DNA of 64,000 nucleotides, taken from positions 22,043,867 through 22,107,866 of the forward strand of contig OZ316894.1 of the NCBI GenBank assembly GCA_973895155.1. The letters run 5' to 3'. Shown here piece after piece: positions 21,001 to 35,912 of the stretch; position 1 is the first letter of the stretch; the number at the start of each line of letters is the position of its first letter. Position numbers and translations under genes: made by a program. This DNA is from Marsupella aquatica. Its lineage: Eukaryota; Plantae; Marchantiophyta. The notes under the pieces are model-generated. The model was given only the letters and a program-made list of their open reading frames with translations, was not told the DNA's origin and did not search any database.

Positions 21001-24000
21001 GTTCTCTTTTTGGAGGTACTTGTGCTTCATTGGGCCATTTGTGAACAATTCTACGTCAGAAATGTCAAATAATGACCTCCTATAATGTCATTGTGATTAT
21101 GATATGGGAGTACCAAATCACGCAAAATGGGGTCATTAGAGGAGTCCCTCATGCTGTCATTGAGGAAATAGGTTAAAATGACCCAACTGGCCAGGGCTAG
21201 GGGTAGAGGTGTTTAGAGTTTAGAGTGTAAACCTAAACCCTAAACAATGGAAAGGCTCTGTTTGGAGGGATGCAGTTCCTCATTGGCTCATTTGTGTGTT
21301 GTGTCATAAATTCCATACAATGACAGAAAATGGGGTCATTGATGCTGAATACCCAACTATTTCATGCATTAACAATACCTAATGGCTATTTTGGTCCCAA
21401 TTTTAGTCTTCCTTTGGCCCCCTCTTCTCCATGGTCCCATTCACCACAATATGGGTGAAATATGGATTAACTAGGGCGGTGAATGAGGACAATAGTCAGC
21501 AATATTAATACTCCAACAAACAAAGCAAAGGCCACAAATCAACTGCCTTACACCTGGGTTATTGCAAAATGAACATAGTGTAGGGAGTTTTTATCAAGTT
21601 CTTAACGTACCAGGACGTACTAATAAATAAGCAAAAACAAAGCAAAAACATCATTAACTTGTTAAGGCAAGCTTAATACTAAATTTGCGAGTGTTAAACT
21701 TTAGTGTCTCCTTTGCTAACCTTTGCCACAAAGTTTCAATAATAATGAGGAACAAGAGGGAAATTTAATTGTTTGTGACTCAGTTGGTAGATGGACAAAA
21801 TGTTTCTCTACAAATAAAGCTTTGTTTGGAGATATTCCACTTTACACAACATCTCTACTATCTGAAATGCTTGCACTTATGTAGAGAACCCATTCCCTGG
21901 GCCCCAACAAAGATACTGAAGCCCCCCTACACGCATGAAGGTAATTTATATTTTATTGGCCTGTAATAATCATAATGCATTTTTTTTGAATGAAGGGATT
22001 ATATTAACCTTGGATTAGTATATTACAATACAAAAGCCTTATTATATCCATTCAAAATTTTATTTTTATTTCTAAGGAAAGGTGTGACATAGTCAACAAA
22101 AACATGTGTCATTTTTATATTGGTCCACATGTCATTGCATAAAAGTAGGGGTTATGTAACTCAAAATATAAAATTAAATATTTTTGTAAGCTATTGAATC
22201 TGCACTCTGGGCATAGTGGAGGTTCACGGGCCGTCTGGGGTAGGTTTCACGGGTGGGGTGGGGCGTGGGCACGTTCTTGGTGAGAGGGATTTGCATCCTC
22301 CCACGTGACCTCGCTTCCCTCCTGCACATTGTCCCTCATGCCCATCTTTAGCAGCCGCTGACCGCCATAGCTTTCCGTTGGAGAGTTGTGAGAGCGTGGG
22401 GAGGGATTGATGGTGGTTTGCGATGCTCTCGATCTAGATTTGTGGAAGGTCTGAAAAGAACAAGCAGATGTAGCTGTACGTGAACATTGCGCACAGTGGA
22501 TTGGGAGTATTGCTTCAGTGTGACTAGTCTTTGTATAATCCTATTGTTGGTGCTGAGTGGATGGATCGGACAGTTCAGAAAGTTCAGGCTTGAATGCCTT
22601 CGTCACTGATTGTGTTGTAGCGTTTTAACACATCATTCTTGTTTTGGACAAATTGATGGAATGGTAGGGCCCTGGGGGTAGGGCGCAGGGCAATACACTG
22701 TGTTAGTGTTGTTGAGTTCACGGTTTGATTCAAACCTTGCTGATTGAAATTTTCTAATTGATCAGTAGGATTATGAACGAGGGTGGTAATCGACTGGAGG
22801 ACCCACTCAAGGACTACTATTGGACTGGAGAATGTCTGGCCAAGACAAACGATGGCTCCAAGAAGAGTGGCGCACTCAACTTCAATACTGTGGCATTGCT
22901 GACAACCTGATTGGCACAAACGGTCGGAGCTAAATCACAAGAATGCCTTTGTGATTGCTTTGCTTTCGATGGTAGTTGTGATTGAGAGCCTTTGAGTGGG
23001 GAGGAAGGGGCTACAAGGTCGACAAGGCATATACAATTTTGGGCAAGAGCAAGATTTGCAATTGTAGAGACAAAGGACGGATGCAACAATTTTAGTCACA
23101 GGCCTTTTGGTTTCATTTTAGCAGCCGAGGATGCAGCACTTCCAATCGCAAGCCTTCCAGGCTCACTTTGGCTGCAAAGGACGTAGCACTTGCAATTATT
23201 GCAGGCCTTCCGGGTCTACTTTTTGGCAACAGATCAAGCTAGGACACAGCTTGCAGCGGCACTTCCAGCCCTTTTGTAGACGGTATGTTAGCTTTTTTCG
23301 CTAATTAAAAGAATTTTAGGAAAGAAGAATTGGCACATGAATCATATATTGAAAAGCAATCCGTCATTTTGTATGTCTTCACAAGAAGCAGTGCCATACA
23401 CGTCCATCACTAACTAAAATCCAATAGCCCAGTTGAATAGATTTTGTTGCATTTCAGAGGTAGCCGCATTTATGGAGCAACGTTTCTAACCGTGTATTGA
23501 TTCCAAGGCTATTCAAGAACTTATAGTGCCTCTCGGATTTTGATTGTTTATTGCTTAATTTGCTAGTTGGCCAGTCATATATCTGAACGTCAGCATTTAG
23601 CGTGAGATTGTACAGATCAATTCTATGGTATCTGGAGCTATTCCTCACTAAATCCCATCTAGTCAAGTAATTACATACTATTGGTCTATTGTTCGGCGCC
23701 TCACTCAATTCAGCCAACAAGCCAAAAACGGTTCCGACAGATGGCTACGAAAACACATTGGAAACTACTATAAGTTCCAATTATGAGAGATATGATTGAT
23801 TTTAATGTCTGAGAATTTGAAGGCAAGAAATCTGGCTTTATACTCTTTTCGGGGTCAGTGTTGGTAGAAACGGATCATATTTCTATGTGAGCAGATTAGT
23901 TTAGTCAGTGTTTTATGATATTACAAAACCGAGAAGGATCAAAGCTCCGCGTTGTATTCTCAATCTGGATTATTTTCCCCTCAAGATCTTTGAAACCTTT

Positions 24001-27000
24001 TTGGCTTCGTACTACTACTGCCGTGGAATGTTTTGGGAATAATGATTCTACATGTAGACTAGCCAGGTTAAGCATGGAAAATGCAATTGTCACCGCCCTA
24101 TACTTGGGAATAATTAATTTTACCTGACTTAAAAATTGTTCTTTACAAATGTCAGAGTTCGGTCCCACAGATTGCAATATATGACCTTTTAATAGAAACC
24201 TTTCAGCATTGGAACTTGGAAGCTCTTGGCCTGCTGCTGCTGCTGTGCCTGCATGACATAGTAAGTATTAGCGGACCCACTTGGTCTAGCATTTCATTCC
24301 TCCTGCATGACATAGTAGGTACTAGCGGACCCACTTGGTCTGGCATGGATTGTGTCGTGGACTTCTACCTAAGTGCTAGAGGAATCATTCAAGCTATGTG
24401 ATATGATAGCTATGTGACAAGAATCCTGTGATAATTTTGGTTCCAATATAGTAGATGTTTTTGACTTTTGATTACAGGAATGTACAGTACTACTCACATC
24501 TTTTAGAAACGCCCTTCTTCGGGATGGGAACATTTTTGTAATCTCAAATAGTTATTCAATCTCAAAAGCTTACATCACTGTAGCTCTACGTTTGATTATA
24601 GAACTATACAATACTCCCATCTTTTAGAAAAGCACTTTTTGATGATGCAAACATTTTTTAATCTGAAAAGCTTACATCGTTGCAGCTCCGCTCACACTTT
24701 TTGGAAAAGTCCTGCGAAGAATAAATCTTGAACAGTTTTCAATCTCAGAAGTTTTATTATATGTTTTGCAGCTCTCACCCAGGACTTGCAGCCTACGTAA
24801 ATTTGTGTGGTGACTTCTTCAATAACAATATGTGTGGTAATGATTGAAGCAGTGCCCTATTGGTGCAAGCGGTTGTGCCTAGAGAATAATTGTAGTAATC
24901 TTATTTTGGTTTTATGGTGGAGACCGTTGTGCGTGAAGAATAATTGTTTTTCTTGGTAATGTTTGGAAGTGGTTATTTCAGGCTGTGGAGCTTTAAACAA
25001 AGGTGGAGGCCCTGTAGAAAAAATTGACACCCTGTCCCAACACGAGTGGCCAGAAATCCATAACAGGTAGGCCACATAGTGATGTAGCGCCCGCATATCT
25101 CATCTTGAATTGTTTGGTTTGGCTTTCCTCATTTCTTAAATTCTATTTTGTTATTCTCACTATTTTCAAAGGCGACCAATACATCACGAGCATAGGTCAT
25201 TTTCAAAGAAACTGGGCCACTTTTGGTTATCATCAAGAATCTTGTATTTTGAAGAAGTGTTGAGAACGGTCTGCAGCAGCTGTGTGTATTACTTTATGCT
25301 AGGAATCTCCTATCTTGTTTGGCATGCACATGGTGATGATCATCTCTGAATAGTTTTGTGTGCACAATCCCATGCAAAACTTGGGCCTGTATCATATTTT
25401 GTAATTATGTCATAGAAGATACGTCATTCAAACTAAGCCAGCAATGAGATGTGCAAAATATTCAAATTTATTCCAGCTAAAGTCAGAGAGTTACTACTTA
25501 ATTTTCTCTTAGCTGGACTTGACAGATTGGTCTTCTAAGGTATGCACTTGTGCTCTATGGATCATTGGGGGTATTACCTATCTTTGTCTGAAGTGGAGGG
25601 TGGAATTTTGACCATTAACAATCACTTGGCGAGCTTCCATTTTTCACAGTTGCTAAGGAAGGGGACTCGACTGAACAAGCAAGTTGTAAGAGCTCTACCA
25701 CCCAGGGCTCTGCCCAACTATGTTGTAAGTTGGTATGTTTTAATCTTAACAGTAAATGGTTATCACAAAATCAATAGTTCTACAGTTATCTAATATCATG
25801 CTTTCTTATTTGGTTGTTGTCCTTGGAGGTGGCTGTCACTACTTCAATTCAAGATGTAACTGGGTTTTTGAATCACATCGTAGCTACATCCACCAGCATG
25901 AAGTGTCTGACCCCTCTGTAAGTCTCTGATCCCGCTTCCTCATGTGGTATATTTTGTGGCACCTGGTTTTTATGGTTTATGGTGACTGCAAAGAAAAATT
26001 CATGATCAACTACGAACTTACAAGTTCTGTGTGTGACATATAGGATTGCCTTTGCTTCAATACACATCTTGCTGTGATCAAATTCTTGTTAGTTTGACAG
26101 TGAGAATGTTGTGTTGGCTTGTGAGTCATTTACAGACCCCACATTCAAAAGAAGAGATCAGTGCCATTGGGGTTGTGAAATTGGATGTTGATGAGTTGAA
26201 AGGCACTATGAAGGAGTTGGCAAGCATGATGACTACATGGATGGTCCTTTCTTCTGAGTGCGTGTGATTGAAGTGTTTGTAGATGTGGCATTGTCATTTG
26301 CTAATGCTGGGGAGAACCAGTCTAAGTTATCTCATGTGAAGGGGATGAATGCCCTGTGGAACTCTAGATTGCTCAAGAAGCAGTAGAAGCAGCCATGGGC
26401 CAAGAAACACTAGACATGATAGAAGTAGGTTTTGTAGAATGAGAATGACAACTTTGTTTTTCTACACACATTCAGAGTTGTTAGGTATTTCAGATTGCAG
26501 CACTTGATATACATCTAATAATATTGTGTATGCTTTTTCTCAATGTATGTTTTCTTCATAAATTTGCATTGAGTTGAATAACTATTGTGTTCAATAACTA
26601 TTGTGGGATTTAAGAATGTATCTTGTATGAATATCAATTGGATTCGTTAGGTATAGAATGTCTCTTTAGTGTTTCATTCAGCAAATCTATTGAATGACTT
26701 TGTAGTGTATGATTCTTGAATGACATGAATTTTTGTCCAATATGACCATTTAAATTTGTATAATTCCAAGTCATTGAATACATGACTTGAATGACATATA
26801 AAATGATTGATCTAATGGTCATCATGAACTTCTGTAATTGCATCCAATATATGACCCACCTCAAGTCATTAAAGACATAGCCTTACTGACATATAAAATG
26901 ACTGATCTTATGGTCATTATAGACATATATAAATGTGTCCAATATGACTCTTTTCAAGTCATTCCAGACATGTCATTAATGACCAGTGTGTATCTCTACG

Positions 27001-30000
27001 CGTTTCTTCCCAATTTAACCATGTGTCTATATATGACTTGTCTATAATGTAGTCATTTTGGACACGTCCAAAATGACCCAAATTTATTGCCACATGGTTA
27101 AAATCCTTTGAGCCACATGTCACTCCTTGATTTGTTACATATTGTGCGTCATTTTGACAAGTCCAAAATGACAAATGATCTTTGTTTTTTAATTGCCACG
27201 TGGCATTATATAATTGGGTACGGATACAATCGACGGTGAACGGTGATTGACCGTTGACGGTGGTTTTTTGGTCATTTCAGACCGTTCACCATTTATGACC
27301 AAATCATAAATTAAGTCATTTCAGACGGTATAAAATGACCACATGTTTTTTGCGTCATTTGTCCGAAAGGACCGTGACCAAAATGTCCGTTGTGACGCGT
27401 CTGGAAAGACGAGAATGACTGCGTCATTGTTTTGTTGAAAAGACCATATAAATAGTCATTATTGCGGTCATAAAGAACCTTGTTTTGTACTAGTGTAAAA
27501 TCTTAGGATTATTAGATGTATTAGATTAGATTCTTAAATTCTGAGAAGCATGGGTAAAAGCTGGACAAAATTACTTCCAGATAGTAAGGAGAAGACGATC
27601 ATGTAATGTCAATGCTGGGCTCTGCTCTTCGTTTCTCAACAAATATGAAACAACTATGTGAGTACTCTACAGGGTGTTGTTACATATGTATTATTCCGTT
27701 GGGATATGGAGTCATGCATGAGGAGTTTGTGCAATTGACGATTTTTTTCCAATCAGCCTGCCAATTAGTTGACATGCAAGTCAAAAATAAACCCAAAGTA
27801 TAAACTTTTGAGAAACGTAGTCAGAAAGGACATGTTATTAATATTACGCTTTATCAGAAATTTAGCTTTGGAAGAGAGGTTCATCTAATTAAAGCAATCC
27901 AGGTAACTACGAAAGCGTTGAACTGCCTCTCTCCCGACGATATATGGGAGTTCTCTAATTGCCGGCTCCAGCTCGCCCTCTTCGAGAACTGAAGCATCGT
28001 AGAACATCATCGTGGAATGCCATATGCAGAGTTTCGACGAGCGCATGCAGCTACACTGGAGTGCAACATTGCAAACTAATCCACTTAAGAAAAACACTAA
28101 CAAAGAACATTGCAAATTAAACTATTTCTTTCCTATTTTCCGGAAGCGCCGGGACAGGAGTAATCACCGGACGTGCAACCCGATAAATAAATAATTCCCA
28201 AAGCCCTTTCTTTCCCTCTCACGTCTAACAGTCCCGGGGCCTCTCCCTATACTCGAATTAGCAAAACGTTTCGTTCCGTCCACTTCGATCATACACCGAC
28301 GCACTTTCGCTGCCCGTGTCGCTGTAATTGATTCCCACTTGACGTCCATCCCTACACCAGACTGTCCGAAAGCTTTAGCTTCCAACACTTGAACTCAAAT
28401 CAAATTCTAAGCTTCAAAACGACCCAAAGAGTCAAGGGAGCTGTGTCAATCAATGCCGAACACAAATATAGCATAGGTAAACTGTAAGCTCGTGTGAGTA
28501 CCTGATACAGGAAAGTCCTTTGATTAAGTCCCGAAAGAACGTCTGGAGACTTCTGCGAGTCTCATAGTTGTATTGTTCAATCACTCCAGCAACGATTTCT
28601 TGGTCATCCAATCAGTCCTTTCAATCGCTGCAGCTGCTGTTCAATGTTATGTATTCCCTTGAGTGATCAATAGTGCGTTTCTTGTTTCTTTTATTCTCAG
28701 TCAGCGCTCAGCACGGCGATCCTATATCATCATTGTGCATAGTTACTTACTGTCCTGTCAGTTGAAAGCCACAATTTTCACGACTTAATTTTCTTTGCGA
28801 CCATTCTCATGTCTTTTAATCGTGGTCAGCAATTTATGTAGGGGGAATTGGATTGAAGTGCTTCAGTGAGTACGTAACTTGCTCTTTGTCTTGGTTTGCA
28901 CAAAATATTGAATCGATCTCTCAGGATGGTCCTTTAGGACTACCAAAATGCTCCCAATGAAAAAGTTATTTCATTTGCTTGTTGGAGAGAACTTACGTGA
29001 GCCATCAGATTTTTTTAATAGTTTTGTGTACTCTTGGATTTTTGTGTACTGTTGGAGTGATTGACAGGGGTGTCAAATGATATACTTTTTTTTTATAGTA
29101 GAATACAAAGTACATGAGATGATTCTTTAGTTATGTGACATCACCTAAATTGTGTCTTTTTTTCCTATTAGAGTACACACCTTGGAAGGAGTATCGTTTG
29201 GGGCATGAAAAACTTTTTGTATTTTTTCATAAAGTGTGATTTTGAGACTTTAGAAAGAGGCAAAATGTGTTAATTTTGTTTTTCCTTTTGTTCAATTTTC
29301 CTTTTTTTTCTATTTATGTAATGGTGCCAAAGATAAGAAAAGGGGGGAGGAATGGAGTGGCAAGGGAGTGAAGAAATAGGAAAAGGGGGGAGAGAAAGAA
29401 TAAAATGTTTCCCTCTCAATAGCATTGTTGACCCCGCAAAGCCCTGAGGGGCCCTCACGTCTTTTGCACTCCCCCTCACCATCTCACATCCATGCTCTCC
29501 TCAACAACATAGCTTTCACAACATAACAACATTTGTTTCTCACCTCGAAATCTTTAAGTTTCTCTCCTGGACATCTTTTTTTCATCTCCATATATTTTCT
29601 CATCTCAACATCTTTTGCTCACCTCAATATCTTCTGTGCAACACACTTGCATTCGGCTCGTTCCTCATAATAAATTAGTCCCTCCATGCCAGGTTGTGTG
29701 TCTTCTATCTGGGTCCACAGGAGCATCAAATTGTGGTTACTTACTTGGACGTTAATATCACATATTGAGTTCGCTTGTCACATGTCCTCTAATTGCAATG
29801 ACTGAGCTTAATGGCCAAATTTGCCCACAAAATTAGGTCTCGATCATCATTGGCCTTTGCTTAGGAGAATTCTTCTCCTACTAACCAAGCTTTTAAATAC
29901 ACCACACTTTGAGTATTGGCCCTAGATACTCCAGGTTTTTGTTAAATAAGCTCTTTTTTTAACAAAGAAGGGCCCAGGACCGGGCCAGGCACTTTTATCT

Positions 30001-30230
30001 CTCAAACTTGTAAAGCCTACAGAGAATAACAGTAAGCTGTGTCAAGCTGCCCCAAGGTAAACCCGAAAGAGTAAAATGATTGCAGTTTAGAAGACTACCG
30101 GTAGCCAAATGCCTTGGCCAAAATGCCTCGGCCAAATGCCCGTGTGATGCATGAAGTCACTGAGAGTAAAGTTGTCAACTTGAACAATTATTGAGTGGAA
30201 AATAGTCAAACTCAGTAACATTTACCCAAC

Positions 30231-30402
30231 ACAGCATATCGTGGAAAAGCTTTTAACAACTCCTTTCCAATTAAACCAGGTCTGATTGCTAGCGAGCTCC
30301 AGGCATGATCCGAAAATACCCATGGGACAGCTTTGCTCTCTTTTCAATATTGATTTCTGCATGCCAGCCAAAGCCTTTCTCTAGCCACATTTCATTCAAG
30401 TG
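30231..30402. repeat. ~170-bp dispersed repeat, inverted copy at 39685-39852
   Basis: Shared blocks such as CCAGGTCTGATTGCTAGCG and GGGACAGCTTTGCTCTCTTTTCAATATTGATTTCTGCATG appear as reverse complements at 39.7-39.85 kb. Confidence 0.8.
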
Positions 30403-33400
30403 TCTGGTTAGGTTAAGTAGAGCAGTTTAACCACAACAAAGCCCCGAGGGGCCATCACCCCATGTCGGGTTGCTTTGAGGAACATGGACATCACCACTTC
30501 GTTTGTTTAATTAAAGTGTTACTTTTTTGATGTCATTGTTTGTTCATTTCAAATGTTACTGTTTTCTTTCCATCCTTTCTATTGTTACATGGTGTAATTG
30601 TTTTTGTTTGCCTTGTCTCAAACACAAATAGTTAGGTTTGCTTTAATCTTCTTACAGAACTGATCTTCTCTTGATTCTGACCAAAATGTGGTTGCACATG
30701 CTACCAGAGATTTTTGCAAGCAGCTTCTCATGAGGGTACATAAATAAATATTGAAGAAAGTTGGGTCTTCACTTCTGATTTGTTTTTAGTCATACTTAAA
30801 GTTTGATTTTCCCCCAAATTTTCCACAGAAGATTTTAAAATTCCTCAAATTGTTGTAATTTTTATTATACGATTTTCAAATTTGAATAAAATATTGACTA
30901 GTGGCTGTAGACCCTTGTATTAAACAAAAGCTATTTAATTCGGTTTTGATCAATTTTTTACACATACACACAAAAGACTAAAACCAAAATATATACAAAA
31001 AGGGAAATAAGAGTACAATGAAGGGAAAGCAAAATAGGTCCAAAGAGGACAAACACCAATTAAACAAGGTTTACACATACAAACAAGCACCCCAAAAGCG
31101 AACCTGTCACTACAAAGTAGGCCAAAGAACGCTATGAAAATATTTTACTCTACTAGGATAGGGCACGTGCAATTATTAGTAAATGCAATCCTGATGGGAT
31201 TGTGCAACCCTTCCTTGGTAGAGTACCAGTAGCTCTTAACATAAAGTTCACTTGTTGTTTAGCAAAACAATTCCGGGCCTGTTTGTGCCTCACAGGGAAA
31301 AAATGCTAACCCCATGTAAAATAAAATAGAAAAGCAGGATGCCTTGCACTAAACCAGTTTTGGCTGTTATGGAGTGTGTTCTTATAGAGAGCTGACTGCA
31401 GTTGTGCGCTCTGTGAAGGGTTCACTCTAAATACTAGCTCAACTGGGTCATTATATGGAGAGTTGTACATCATTTGTAATGATTTAGATTATTTATGATC
31501 ACTTAATCACTTTAAATAAAGTTATAGAGCACCAATCATATGATGTCACTTGTATTTTTCAATTAAAAGATGATATAACTTCACTGAGTAAGTTTTTTTC
31601 AAAATGATTTAAAAGACACTATAATTGTTGCACATTTCCAGGCACATCACTTTCTTGGAAGTGACCCCCCAAGCAGCTTATTTTTAAAAGGTTTTTTATT
31701 TTTAGTCACTGTGACAAATGTGGCTTCTCTTAGGGAGGAGATTCTAGGAACATTCTCTACCTAGGAATAATCTTCAGGAGAATGTTGTGGGTCACTTCCA
31801 ATAATGATTGTCAGATATCCCTAGATTTAAGAAAGACGGTTAGATTCTGGCAAATGGGGTCATAATTTGGTGAAAAAGTGGCAAATAGTGTTAAGAAAAT
31901 CTAGCAAATAGTAGCCAAAAGTGACTAACATGTTTTGGGGAGGTGGAATTTGGCCAAAATTTGCACTTAAAAAATACGCTGCCCCCAAGGATACTAGAGT
32001 GACCCTTGTCGTAGCTTTTCATCATGCTTTATTAGATACAGTTTAATCATCATGCTTTATTAGAAACATATTGATCTCCCAGGATTGCCCATCACTTTAT
32101 CCGAAGTGACCCTAAGGATATTAGAGTGACCCTTATCTTAGCTTTTCATGGGGCTTTAAGGGTGTCTCAAAGCTAAGAAATTCAACCATAAAGAATGGTC
32201 ATAACTTTTGCACAAAATTATGTAAATTATTTTTTCTTTCAGTAGTCTTACAGTGACTAATGGTACTGATTAATGGCATACCATTCATCCTTGTGGCAAA
32301 AAGTTATGTATTAAATGGAAAATAACTTTTGTGTGTGTTAGCCATTAGGCCCCTCACTAGGGACTAGAGTCAATCAAATTGTCCTATTAGAACCATGTGA
32401 TATTCCATGAGCATAATTATGTACTGTAACTTCATCAAGCGTCAAACTAATTTGGATGTACCCTTTCCAAAACTGCCAACAGGCTGATAATCTCAAAGTA
32501 GAGCCCTATGGGGCCCCGCCTATGGGGCCCATTGGCCATTGAATGGCTCCTTTCGTGCCTTGAATCTCACATCACTCCAACATTTATTTGAACTTGTCCA
32601 TCTTCCGCTGTGAGTGGGCCCATTTCTCGTTCCTTCAATCACCTAATAACGTGATGCTGCACGTCGTCGATTTCACGGTTCGAGCGCTGACAGCCGTCCA
32701 TGGACTGAACTTGACTCCGTCCATTCGGAGTTCTGCTCATGAACTTGTCGCCAAAAGTGATGGCGTCATGTACTTTGCACACTGACGCGTTTTATCGTCT
32801 CCTTCCATTTGTTTGTTTGTGGATGAAGGATTTCAACCTACTGTACTTGAAAGTTGACACTGTCAATACTCAAAAGACTTTTGTCGAAGGTGAAAGGAAG
32901 AGGTCCCTTGACTGGTTCTGATCTACCATTGTGCTAGTTCTACACTCCTGTAGATCGATCATACGCCTCCCTAACCTCAATTCTCGATCGAGCTATAAGT
33001 GCCCATCTGGCCATTGCTGGTCTCGTTCATTCCTGGTTTCGCTGCAAGTACAGGTTGTTCATGCTCTCGTATCAATCCTCTATCATTTGGGAAATTCAGT
33101 TGGTCAGTAAGTTGATTGTCGCAGATGAACGCTGCAAAAGATTTTGTTTCTGATCGAGAGAAGGGCACCAATTGTACAGGTTGAACGTACTGGAGAGGAC
33201 ATATCAGCTGTACAAGATTCAGTCCGATTCCCGTTCCGACGAAAATTCTCTGTTGTGTAAATGAGAGAGTAAGGGACCAAGCTCAAATCTGAACTAGCCA
33301 GCTAATAGTCAGGCATATACTGTGACGATTTTACTTCTCTTAACACTGAGAAGCAATTCAACTTGGCGGAGTGAGTAAGGAGGCTGTGGAGCGCTAGGAC

Positions 33401-33438
33401 TCGTGAGAATCACACAGGCGACGAAATTTGTGGTAAAA

Positions 33439-33843
33439 ATGTCGATGACATCTGCCGCTGCCAGTCATGTGCCCGGTCATGGGATGGAACCGGAGACCAC
33501 GACTTATCAACGGGTGCCTTACAACTTCCCTGCCGTTGGCGTCTGGCTCCCCACAACAGAAAATGCTCACGCCTCAGGTAAAGAAGAAGGCAAGAAGGAG
33601 ATGCAAAGAGCTGCGGACAGAAAAGCTAAGGCATCATTCTTCGAAAGAGTGGCTGTGAAGGTGACTTCCGCATCTAGAAAGAGGAGAACGAAGGTGTCTC
33701 CACAGTCTAGCTCTACGACTGAGAGTAGTACTACCAAGAACAGCGCCGACGTCCAACTCACTGCACTCGAGAAGCAATACCTCGACTATCTGAGGAGATC
33801 CGTGGGGACGGGACAGTTCTCGCATTATCTGATGCCTGCCTAA
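33439..33843 (+). CDS. Small unknown protein (~134 aa), single exon
   Basis: ATG at 33439; GC content and codon use like host genes; basic/Ser-rich middle and a QYLDYLRR C-terminal motif; no family recognised. Confidence 0.5.
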   Translation: MSMTSAAASHVPGHGMEPETTTYQRVPYNFPAVGVWLPTTENAHASGKEEGKKEMQRAADRKAKASFFERVAVKVTSASRKRRTKVSPQSSSTTESSTTKNSADVQLTALEKQYLDYLRRSVGTGQFSHYLMPA

Positions 33844-35912
33844 TTTCAATCAGTGATCGATATTCAAAGAGGGATAATAGTGATGTCTTTTCGTCGGTGA
33901 ACATACAACTCTCTCCCTCAGGTTTCTAGCTCATCACTGTAGATTACGTCTAGTACATTTCTTCAATCTGCGTTACATTTTCACATTCTCGTTATATGGT
34001 CAGGCGAATTGAGCTTTACAGGCTTACAAATTCAGGGCCCGAGACGCACATCCATATGAAAACCTCTGTCAAGCTAGATGGACGAGGTTGGGATTCAGCT
34101 CGACATTTAGAGAAATTTAGAAAACGTAGGAGTAGAAAGAGACATTTAGCAAACGTAGAAGTAGAAAGTTGGGAACCGTTTTAGAATCCATCTTTATACG
34201 CACAGCTCTGCTGTACTAACGAAGGAATGGCGCAAGGTCTAGCTTAGCTTCTTGTACAGCTTAGTTTACTTGCATGTGGCGAGTAGATCGATGACATCCG
34301 TGTATACTACAAAAACGAATGAAAGACTCCGTGACTGAGACTCTCATCCTGAACGAGGTTCAATTGTCCTTTGTGAGTTCTGGATTCTCCTTCAACCGAC
34401 TTCATTAATTGATTGCGTGATTACAAAACACTGCAGACCAGTTCAGTCGAGCTAAGTATGACCGGGTCAAGACAATTCTACCTGTCAGGGAGAATCTAAC
34501 TATCATGTCAAACCAAAAAAGCTATAAAGGCCAGAAGTGGAAGCTCGGACGAAAGTTTGACATTGCTACTCATATGGGCACAGGACATGTAAATTACTTC
34601 ATAGTGTCAGTGTACTCCCGGGACCTTCAATGTCCTGATATGGATATGGAATCATAAGAGGTTAACCAAGGTCACCAAAGGAATTCAACTCCTTGAATGA
34701 GAACTGTGGCCACTACAGTACATGGACTGAATACCGTTCTAAACCTTTACACTACCTCTATGTATAAATGTCATCTTTGGCTCCAAGTGTAAAACATGGT
34801 ATGCAATTAAATCATCTTTCATTGGTGTCCATTGGGTATTATGTCGAATGCTTGAGTCCATGTTAGCTTCTACTTCTAGTGGCAACAAACTTTAAAACAA
34901 GTTTTCATTTTACAAAGGTTGTCTTCTAGTGCACCTGCTGCACATGTAGGATGCACTCCCTAACCCTCATCACCTACTCTAGCTCTCAGACCCACAGTAC
35001 CACCAACCACGTAGACATACCGTCCCCTTTTGGACCACTTCATCTTTTTAGGTGTTGATCCCTCTACACCCCTTCTACCAGCCCCATTCATAAATCATTA
35101 TCATCTGGCCTTTATGCCCATGTTTGTTCCACCACCACCTCCATCCAACGTTTACATGCTCGTGTCCTGGGAGGAGAGATGCTCTCCATATGGACTTAAA
35201 TGAGGGCAATAAGGTATCAATGGTGGGGAGCCCATTGGACGTATTTCTCTTCCTGGAGGCCGGACTTGATAATTTGCCCAATGCTGGTCATGAATTCTCG
35301 CTTGAATGGAGGCAATGGGTGGTTAGAGCATCGCACCCATGCTCACTATCCTTGGTTGGCATTGGGTCGACTAACAACTGTGACTTTCCAAGACAAAGGG
35401 AGCATTTGTGACTTTTTAGCCAAAGCAAACTGCCATTTCTTGTTTGGAGCATAGACTTGAGGCCAGTTAAATCAGTTTTTAAATGAGCTTTAATAAAAGC
35501 ATATCCCTCAACTAAAGTAGCCAAAATCTGGAAATTTTTGCACCACCTTTGGAGGTCAGTTAAAGTTACAGATAAAATAAATGTTGAGATGATTAAAATT
35601 GGAGAGCACAGCAATGCAATCCATATTGACACAAAGATAATTATATGTTTCACCTTGTCTGGTTATGTCCATGGCTGACATAAGAATCCATTAGGGCGTG
35701 TCAAAGTTCTCCCGTAACACTTTGGTTACAGCTTTGTTTTTTTGGACGTACCATCCTTATGGGGTATGTATTTTGGTAACCCATAATGATCCTGTCCTGG
35801 CCGTAAGTGAGTTTTATATCCTGAGCTGTAACTCAGGTACAACTGTGCTTTGACAGGCCCTATTGTACACTAACACCATACAGCCATTCGCCATAGCCTG
35901 GCAAACCACAAG

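Larger units (their letters stand above)
15503..27495. mobile_element. Non-autonomous CACTA (En/Spm) transposon, ~12 kb
   Basis: Left TIR CACTAGAAGAAAACAGGGCCCTTTATGACC (15503-15532) and right TIR reverse complement CACTAGTACAAAACAAGGTTCTTTATGACC (27466-27495) match 25/30. TSD TAA at 15500-15502 and 27496-27498. Dense AAATGAC/GTCATT subterminal motifs at both ends; no intact transposase ORF. Confidence 0.93.

Noticed and set aside
31655-31801. 13-bp inverted repeat TTGGAAGTGACCC
   Set aside because: Too short and without a TSD to call a MITE.
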